DNA of 64,000 nucleotides from a virus: IMG/VR virus record IMGVR_UViG_3300012988_000003, positions 5,004 to 69,003 of that record; one strand, 5' to 3'. Shown piece by piece: positions 57,463 to 64,000 of this stretch (position 1 is its first letter; each line of letters starts with the position of its first letter). The notes under the pieces were generated by a model. It saw only the letters and a program-made list of their open reading frames with translations, ran no database searches and was not told where the DNA came from. The position numbers and the translations under genes were made by a program.

Positions 57463-58113
57463 TTGAAGGGCTGCGGTCGCAAGATAGGCCCATTTGATTG
57501 CTGCACAGTGGTGCAAGGCGATTGCCTGAAGCTGATGGACAGGCTGCCAGACCTATGCGTTGATGCCGTGATCGTTGACCCGCCATACGGGATAAAGGCA
57601 GACACGAATCGCGGTAGCGAAAAATACGGATGGAGAAAATATCCATCCACTGGATGGGATGACAAGCGGCCCTGCCCTGCGATATTCACGGCTATAAGAC
57701 GCTGTGGCAAGCGCTCAATTATCTGGGGCGGGAATTATTTTTCGGATTTGCTTCCAGCTTCAAGTAAATGGCTGATCTGGGACAAGGGTCAAACCAATTT
57801 TTCTCTCGCCGATGCCGAGTTAGCTTGGTGTTCATTCCCCGGCGCGGTACGAAGGATCGGACTATCTCGCTCACGGGCCATGCTGGACGTAAAGGTTCAT
57901 CCAACACAAAAGAGCCTAGAAGTTATGGAGTGGTGCATTAAACAATTTCCGTTGGCCCATCAGCCTAATACAATCCTGGACCCCTATGTCGGTTCTGGCA
58001 CCACGCTCGTAGCGGCAAAGAGATTAGGTCGCCACTTTCTTGGGTTCGAAATCAGCAAAGCCTATTGCCGCATAGCACGGCGCAGATTGGCTGCAACTTT
58101 GTGCCCCGCTTAA
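57463..58113 (+). CDS. N4-C/N6-A DNA methyltransferase
   Basis: QGDCL, DPPYG, HPTQK, LDPYVGSGTT. Confidence 0.88.
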   Translation: MKGCGRKIGPFDCCTVVQGDCLKLMDRLPDLCVDAVIVDPPYGIKADTNRGSEKYGWRKYPSTGWDDKRPCPAIFTAIRRCGKRSIIWGGNYFSDLLPASSKWLIWDKGQTNFSLADAELAWCSFPGAVRRIGLSRSRAMLDVKVHPTQKSLEVMEWCIKQFPLAHQPNTILDPYVGSGTTLVAAKRLGRHFLGFEISKAYCRIARRRLAATLCPA

Positions 58114-59706
58114 AATCACCGAATATGGGCACAGCGATACAGAACGTGCGGTACGAAACTCTTCATGCGGACACACCGCGCGAAGTGGTGAACCAGGCGG
58201 TCTGCAGTCTTTGCGAGCAGCCTTATTTGAAAACACGTGGCGACATCGGGATCTGCGGCAGAAAGCTTTGCCGGGATGCGTATGCGAAGAACGACGGTCT
58301 GCAGCGCAGAAACCAGCGGCGACTCGCGCCCAGGAGACCGTATCAGGTGACGTGGAAAGCATGATGCCAATGACTTTCGTAAAGACAAGCGGAACTCCGG
58401 TTAATTTTTCAGGCGGCGGTACCTGCACATGCGGAGCATGGGTCAACTATGGGGAGCTTCACCGTTGTGGCACTCCCGCTCCTTCATTCCCGGTGACGTT
58501 TGCGCCTGCGGTGCCTAACCTCGACGCGCAGATTTTAGCCGAACTGCACCAAATCAAACTGGTGCTGCAAAAGATTCTCGACAAGCCGTGACCGACCGCG
58601 AAGTAGTCATCTGTCCGCACTGCCAACTCAAGCAGTTCATGACGGTATCTGGAAGCTGCCGCAAGTGCCGCGGAGTGCTGAACGCACCGAAGTTCGAGAA
58701 GCCGACGACGACTTTAGTTACACCTAAACTTCTGGCGACTCCACGACCAGCGCCGACTCCAAAGCCGGTCAAGAAACACGACCGCCTGGTGCGCAGAGCC
58801 AAGCTTGGAGCTCTGGCCGAGTTTAAAGCCGCAAAGACGATGGCAGCCAAGCGTGCGGTGATTCGTTGGTATCTGAGCAACGAGAATGCCCCTTACATTC
58901 CAGCAACTGTGTGAACTCGCGAACCGGGTCGCAACCAGCTACAAACTTCCAGCCGACGTTGCCCGGTTAACCGGACTGAGCGAGAAACGTGCTGAAGAGA
59001 TTCTCAGAGAAGCGCAGCCCCATGATCAAACCGGTCGATGACAACTGCGGCGAATGCGGTAAGCCGGTGGGCAAGAGCGACCGCCAACAGATTTTCTGGT
59101 ATCCGAGCTCAGGGCAGAAAGTCGTAAAACTAACCAGAAAGAAGCTCGGCGCGAATGCCCCTGGTATTTGGAAGCGCGTCGGTGGTGATTGCCTGCTGAA
59201 ACTCAGGCCGGAAATAAGATAGGCAGCATCTCAGGTTAATATGAGCAAACACACAGCTAAGGCAATCGCGACACTCGGAGCCGCTGGAATCTGCGGCTAT
59301 CTGGAGTACATCACGCACGGCTATTCTGGTATCGGCTGGTTCCTGTTTGCCCTATTCGTAATCTGGGGCTAATTTATGGCCATCCGCTCGACACGGTTGA
59401 AATGCTCCAAGCACAAGGTCTTCCTGGTGCTGAACTCGCACATCGTTCACAAGGCCAGCGGGCCGGTGAAGATCGAGTTCTGGGAATGCCCTCTGCTGTG
59501 TGGGTACGTGAGGGCGAATAAGCACCAGAAAAAGCCGGTAAAGCTGCGGGTCGCGCCAGCATCGCACCGCAGCCTGAAGAAGAAAGCTCACGATCCGGTG
59601 AGTGAGTTCGACAAGCAATACTTTCTCAATTTCTAAGACAAGTCCCGGAAGCGTCTGACGACCGCCGGGCACACGGCCATCGCAAGGTGGCCGTTTCTAA
59701 TTTCCC

Positions 59707-59895
59707 ATGAAAATCCTTCTTCTCGCTCTCTGCTTATCGGCGGCAGGCTGTCACAAGTCAGAGCAGAGATTCGACCTGCCGCATGAAGTCTTTGTCCACG
59801 TCGATCCCCGCGACTGCAAGCTGACCGATCCGGTGCATAAAGTCTGGCACTGCAAGAACGCTGACCTGATGCCGAAAAGCGTTGAGGCGAAATAA
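59707..59895 (+). CDS. Small lipoprotein
   Basis: MKILLLALCLSAAG-C lipobox. Confidence 0.55.
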   Translation: MKILLLALCLSAAGCHKSEQRFDLPHEVFVHVDPRDCKLTDPVHKVWHCKNADLMPKSVEAK

Positions 59896-59900
59896 AACTT

Positions 59901-60305
59901 ATGAGTTCAAACGGTTGGATCGGTGTCGATCTCGACGGCACCCTCGCACATTACGACGGCTGGAAAGGCGCTGATTACATCGGCGCACCGATACCGGCAA
60001 TGGTTGAGCGCGTAAAGCGCTGGCTGGCCGAAGGCAAGACGGTGAAGGTTTTCACCGCGAGAGTTTACTGCCCACCGGAGCAAGACTGCTGGACGGTTCA
60101 TTCGGATGGCCGCAACGAACTTGAAGAATTCCATGCGCGACAACAGGAAGCCATCGCGGCACGCAAGGCTATTTACGCATGGTGCGCCGACCAGTTCGGC
60201 GTTGCTCTGGAAGTTACCTGCACCAAAGATTACGGCATGATCGAACTCTGGGACGACCGCGCTGTTCGCGTGGTTCCCAACACCGGGGAGCCGTGCTGCA
60301 AATGA
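59901..60305 (+). CDS. HAD-family phosphatase (PNK 3'-phosphatase-like)
   Basis: WIGVDLDGTLA, FTAR, TKD..MIELWDDRA. Confidence 0.8.
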   Translation: MSSNGWIGVDLDGTLAHYDGWKGADYIGAPIPAMVERVKRWLAEGKTVKVFTARVYCPPEQDCWTVHSDGRNELEEFHARQQEAIAARKAIYAWCADQFGVALEVTCTKDYGMIELWDDRAVRVVPNTGEPCCK

Positions 60306-60880
60306 GCTTCCCCCTATCGGTCGCCAAAATCGCTGCAATCACCGGCGCACATCTCGACAACGTAACGGTATCCTGGCCAGCGATTGAAGCCGCGCTGGTG
60401 AAGCACCAAGCCTATTCGGACAACGCAGCCATCGCGGCCATTGCGACCATTCGGGTTGAATGCCCACCGTTCATACCGATTCACGAGTACGGCAACGACC
60501 TCTACTTCCAGCGCGCCTACGAGGGGCGGCACGATCTAGGGAATACTCAGGTCGGTGACGGTGTGAAGTTTGCGGGACGCGGATTTATCCAGCTCACCGG
60601 CAGAAACAACTACCGCAATTACGGCAAGCTGCTTGGAATCGATCTTGAGACTAATCCAGATCTTGCGCTGTTACCGACGACCGCGGCTGAGATATTCGCT
60701 CTGTACTTCAAAGGGCATCGGTGCGTAGAACACGCCAACGCTGGCGAATGGACGAGGGTAAGGGAACTGGTCAACGGTGGGAAGAATGGCCTTGAGCCAT
60801 TTCTGGCCCTGGTCAACAAACTGAAACAGAGCATGCCGGTTGCTGCCCCCGCACCGGTCAGCCCGAAAGCGAGCGTATGA
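60302..60880 (+). CDS. Endolysin, glycoside hydrolase family 19
   Basis: YEGRHDLGN...GDG.KFAGRGFIQLTGRNNY...VNGG.NGL. Confidence 0.88.
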   Translation: MSFPLSVAKIAAITGAHLDNVTVSWPAIEAALVKHQAYSDNAAIAAIATIRVECPPFIPIHEYGNDLYFQRAYEGRHDLGNTQVGDGVKFAGRGFIQLTGRNNYRNYGKLLGIDLETNPDLALLPTTAAEIFALYFKGHRCVEHANAGEWTRVRELVNGGKNGLEPFLALVNKLKQSMPVAAPAPVSPKASV

Positions 60881-61110
60881 ACGAAAAATTAACGCCCCTA
60901 CAAAGGAAGCTCTTCAGCTTCGCGCGAACCGCCGACCAGTTGAACACGGAGTTGCGGACTCGCCGCTACGCCAATGCGACCGAAGATGAACGCGCATTGA
61001 TCGCTGCCAGCAGCGAACTGCGTTCCTACTTCAGCATCATGGCCAGAAAAGCTGAAGGCGCGGCTTCCATGCTGGGCGCTGTTGCCAAGAAACCGGAGAA
61101 AACAGCATGA
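60877..61110 (+). CDS. Hypothetical protein
   Basis: ATGA-coupled to neighbours. Confidence 0.5.
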   Translation: MNEKLTPLQRKLFSFARTADQLNTELRTRRYANATEDERALIAASSELRSYFSIMARKAEGAASMLGAVAKKPEKTA

Positions 61111-61322
61111 GCTTCTGGAAAGACCATTTTGACCACATGCTTCTCTCCATCCTCGGTGTTGTTGGCGCCAGCGCTGGTATCTGGTGCGCGGTCCACCATC
61201 TGGACAAGCCGAGTGAGTGGTGCTTCGTGGAAGCCGCTGCTGCCGTGTCGGCGCTCTTTATGCGCATGAACGGCCAGAGGACAGTCCCAAACGCCCAGGG
61301 GCCGGAAAGCCCAAAAGTTTAG
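61107..61322 (+). CDS. Holin-like two-TM protein
   Basis: Two hydrophobic helices, GGAG RBS, next to the endolysin. Confidence 0.5.
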   Translation: MSFWKDHFDHMLLSILGVVGASAGIWCAVHHLDKPSEWCFVEAAAAVSALFMRMNGQRTVPNAQGPESPKV

Positions 61323-61354
61323 TTCCAAAAATTGAATCAGGAGAACAGGAAAAT

Positions 61355-61738
61355 ATGTCGTTCAAATCGTTTCTTACGGCGGTTGGTCAGGACTTCAAAA
61401 AGGGTCTGGACTTCGCGCTGAAGCTTGAGCCCGCCGCAGAAGCCGCACTCGCGATCGCCGATCCGCCGATTGCCGCTTTGCTGCACGTTACCGCCGCAAC
61501 CATTATGTCCACGGAGCAGAAGTTCGCCGCCATGGGATCGCAGAGCGGAACCGGTGCGCAGAAGGCCGCGCAGTCGATCCAGATTCTTGAGCCGGTGGTC
61601 AAGTCGATCCTGGCGCCCTACGGCGTGAGCGTCGACACCGCATATATGCAGAAGTACATCGATTCATTCGTGGCCCTGCTGAATATCCTGCCAGCGTTCA
61701 CACCGCCTGCCGTTGCTGTTGCTTCGGCAATAATATAG
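61355..61738 (+). CDS. Amphipathic lysis-region protein (holin-like)
   Basis: MSFKSFLTAVGQDFKKGL...GTGAQKAA; AGGA RBS. Confidence 0.55.
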   Translation: MSFKSFLTAVGQDFKKGLDFALKLEPAAEAALAIADPPIAALLHVTAATIMSTEQKFAAMGSQSGTGAQKAAQSIQILEPVVKSILAPYGVSVDTAYMQKYIDSFVALLNILPAFTPPAVAVASAII

Positions 61739-61882
61739 ATGACTAACCAAAACGCTTTTCTTTTTTGATTCGTCTTTTTCCTTTGCTTCTCTTGTTGGAT
61801 GTAGTTATAAGCAGAGAACGGGACATGCCAGCGCGTGAACGCTGGACACGTCCCTAACCAAAGCACCTGATAAGAGGCGACA

Positions 61883-62137
61883 ATGGCTAAGAGCAAGACT
61901 ACACGTTCCCGCAAGAGACGCAAACCAGACCCGTTCGCTGTGGTTCGCGGCAAGGTCGTTGAAAGAATCGAAGTTTCGACCATGGATGACGACTGCGTAA
62001 TCGGGATTATGTTCAAAGACAGAACCTATCTCAGTTTCGATGTTGAACCGTTCCTTCGTATCAGTCCCGATTTTTCCGATTGGAAAACTCACAACTACAA
62101 ACGCATCAAACGCTGGCCACCGCTGTACAGCGAATAA
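61883..62137 (+). CDS. Hypothetical moron protein
   Basis: GAGG RBS, own terminator. Confidence 0.6.
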   Translation: MAKSKTTRSRKRRKPDPFAVVRGKVVERIEVSTMDDDCVIGIMFKDRTYLSFDVEPFLRISPDFSDWKTHNYKRIKRWPPLYSE

Positions 62138-62141
62138 CCAG

Positions 62142-62164
62142 ACCCGCCGAAAGGCGGGTTTTTT
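62142..62164 (+). terminator. Intrinsic terminator
   Basis: ACCCGCC-gaaa-GGCGGGT-TTTTT. Confidence 0.85.
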
Positions 62165-62245
62165 AATGAAGCAAAAATGCAAAGTGAAAGATCACGCTCT
62201 TCTAGTATGCTACCGCTCGGCGTTGGGGTAGGTACAGGAGATACT

Positions 62246-62941
62246 ATGACTCTAATTTTAGCTCTTGTCGGGAACGGCGAAGTGGTGCTGGCTGCAGATT
62301 CACAGGCATCATCTGGCGACGGCGGTGGTCTGTACACGTGCTCAGTAAAAAAATTAAGATCTGCCAATAGTGGCCGCTGGATAGTCGGCGTTGCCAACAA
62401 TCACGCCGGATGGGCGCTGGTAGATCATATTGAATCTACCGGCGAAACATTTAATGTGGACATTCACATTGGTGCGAACGAATACGCTAACCGAACCAAA
62501 GAGCTCTACGAAAAATATCAACATGCGGCACTAACGTCTTTTGTTTTGGCGGGAACTAGCCCAAGAGACGCGGCTATATATAGCTGGAGCCTCCGCAGGA
62601 GCGGCCCCCGCGTTGAATTTGACGGAATATTGCCTACACCTGAGCAATCTGCTGTTGGAGCTCACCAACATGGCGGTATGCACTTTGCCCACAGGTTTCA
62701 CACGCGAGAAATGACCACACCTCAGCGGATTCAACTGGCGCATTTATGTGTAAGCGAAGCGTGCCATCAAGACCCTCGCGTTGACTTTCCTGTTGAAGTT
62801 GGACTCATACGTCTGAATAAAACACCGCAGTTGTTTACACCAACGGAATTAAAGGATGTGCAGAAGCGAAGTGAACATATTTCAAGCGAAATTCGGCGGT
62901 TGGTAATTTCCTCTAATCCGGAAATTTCCTCTCTTCGGTAG
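62246..62941 (+). CDS. Proteasome-beta/HslV-like Ntn-hydrolase
   Basis: AGGAG RBS; M-T-LILAL..VVLAADSQ...KL; AVG motif; Thr1 nucleophile. Confidence 0.7.
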   Translation: MTLILALVGNGEVVLAADSQASSGDGGGLYTCSVKKLRSANSGRWIVGVANNHAGWALVDHIESTGETFNVDIHIGANEYANRTKELYEKYQHAALTSFVLAGTSPRDAAIYSWSLRRSGPRVEFDGILPTPEQSAVGAHQHGGMHFAHRFHTREMTTPQRIQLAHLCVSEACHQDPRVDFPVEVGLIRLNKTPQLFTPTELKDVQKRSEHISSEIRRLVISSNPEISSLR

Positions 62942-62946
62942 GCTTT

Positions 62947-63111
62947 TTACTTCCCGCGCTTCTGTTCTTTCTTCCGTTCCTTAGTGCGCTTTTCCTTGGC
63001 TTCCCGCTTCAGTATTTCTTCTTTCGAGACGGTGAATACATGACGGAGCGCATTGTCAAATCTCTCGGATTCCGTTTTGCCGGGAACGTGTGGCGCTGGT
63101 AAAGGTTTCAT
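62947..63111 (-). CDS. Small basic protein (ERFDNALRHVFTVSKEEILKRE), not in ORF track
   Basis: GAGG RBS; 54 aa. Confidence 0.6.
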   Translation of the reverse strand: MKPLPAPHVPGKTESERFDNALRHVFTVSKEEILKREAKEKRTKERKKEQKRGK

Positions 63112-63131
63112 AATTTAAACCTCACATCACT

Positions 63132-63908
63132 TCATACCGCAATAATTCGGCTAAAAGTTTTTCGTAGTTTGGCTTCGTCCCATGTGGTCAAGAAACACGG
63201 GATGATCTGCTGCATTGCATAGCATAAGCCCTGCCAGTCACGGCCATCTGTAACTTCGCTACGATTGCGGCCCCATGCCAGCAGATCGGCCATTTGTAGA
63301 CCGGGAGTTTTCTTCATCTCCGTTGGCACTACTGCATCAATCAAACACCAAACGTTGGTGTTTCCGGTTTCCGCGCAACGATTTTTTTGTTCATTCCACC
63401 TATCAAAAAATGGCTGGAAAAATGGTTCGCCACGGTCGAAGTAGACAGAGGCAGTGCTAACAAACTCGGGATGAAATTGTACATACCACTGGAGCGCGGC
63501 CTCCGGGCAGGTACGATTGCAAAGAGTGACCGGAGTGTCCATGTCGAGATGTTGCGCTTTCAAATTACGATAGGCGTTCATGTCAACACTGGTAATGAAC
63601 ATGCTGAATTTTTGCTTATCAACAGTCTGGAGGTACATCAGAAGATCGCCTATGAATTTGCGCTTCCTGTGCTCCCGCATGTGGATATACGATATGCCGT
63701 GCTTTTCCAGGAGAATGTCCCACTGCGCTTCAATCTCTCGCCAAGTATCATCGTCAGCGGCAAAACCAGCAAGGGTTAGCAGTGCGTCCTTTTCCTTCCC
63801 GCTGGCATCGAAGTATGATTTTAGCGCCATCAGAATCGTCCCATCTGCGACAAAAGCTGTGGGAAGAAGCTTCCCCAAAATGCTTACGGGGGTAACGCGG
63901 TGGAGCAT
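63132..63908 (-). CDS. DUF3800-like RNase H-fold protein (start possibly 63830)
   Basis: KSYFDASG, LTLAGF, IHM, FDRG, GLQMADLLAW. Confidence 0.7.
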   Translation of the reverse strand: MLHRVTPVSILGKLLPTAFVADGTILMALKSYFDASGKEKDALLTLAGFAADDDTWREIEAQWDILLEKHGISYIHMREHRKRKFIGDLLMYLQTVDKQKFSMFITSVDMNAYRNLKAQHLDMDTPVTLCNRTCPEAALQWYVQFHPEFVSTASVYFDRGEPFFQPFFDRWNEQKNRCAETGNTNVWCLIDAVVPTEMKKTPGLQMADLLAWGRNRSEVTDGRDWQGLCYAMQQIIPCFLTTWDEAKLRKTFSRIIAV

Positions 63909-64000
63909 GGTTCCTTTCCGCCGTCCTGTGATACACTACGGCTAGAAAGGGTGTGAGTCGCCCAAGAGCCGCCAAGCCGCAAGCGATTAACCCCTCGAAT

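Larger units (their letters stand above)
1..64000. mobile_element. Temperate podovirus-like bacteriophage genome, excised/circular form, probable Acidobacteriota host
   Basis: Portal, scaffold, capsid, tail/ejection genes, terminase, integrase with intact attP, RecT, endolysin; no host housekeeping genes. Confidence 0.93.

Overview
The whole window is a temperate, podovirus-like (P22/N4-type gene set) phage genome. It is seen in its excised or circular form: an intact attP with a tRNA-Arg(ACG) 3' core and arm repeats on both sides sits mid-window. The integrase signature and several small protein families suggest an Acidobacteriota host (inference). Layout: 0.2-32.2 kb (+) virion module (signal-peptide-bearing spike proteins, portal, scaffold, capsid, adaptor, nozzle, ejection proteins, a 2334-aa polyvalent protein, TerS, and a TerL split into two genes). 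32.2-47.2 kb (-) early/replication/recombination genes. 47.4-49.7 kb MTase-xis-int-attP. 49.7-54 kb accessory region. 55.7-61.7 kb (+) genes ending in a GH19 endolysin and holin candidates. 62-64 kb cargo (Ntn-hydrolase, DUF3800-like). Top find: a six-tRNA array (Gly, Thr x3, Ala, Pro) lies behind a sigma70 promoter, a 20-codon leader peptide with 13 consecutive Thr/Ala/Pro/Gly codons, and mutually exclusive protector/antiterminator/terminator hairpins. This looks like a ribosome-stalling attenuator that turns on phage tRNAs when exactly those tRNAs run short. Other strong leads are a putative injected polyprotein combining 2H phosphodiesterase, SGDEF cyclase, papain-like and zincin domains, and a secreted Cys/Pro peptide plus 7-TM receptor cassette next to attP. 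All annotations come from reading motifs by eye; no searches were run.
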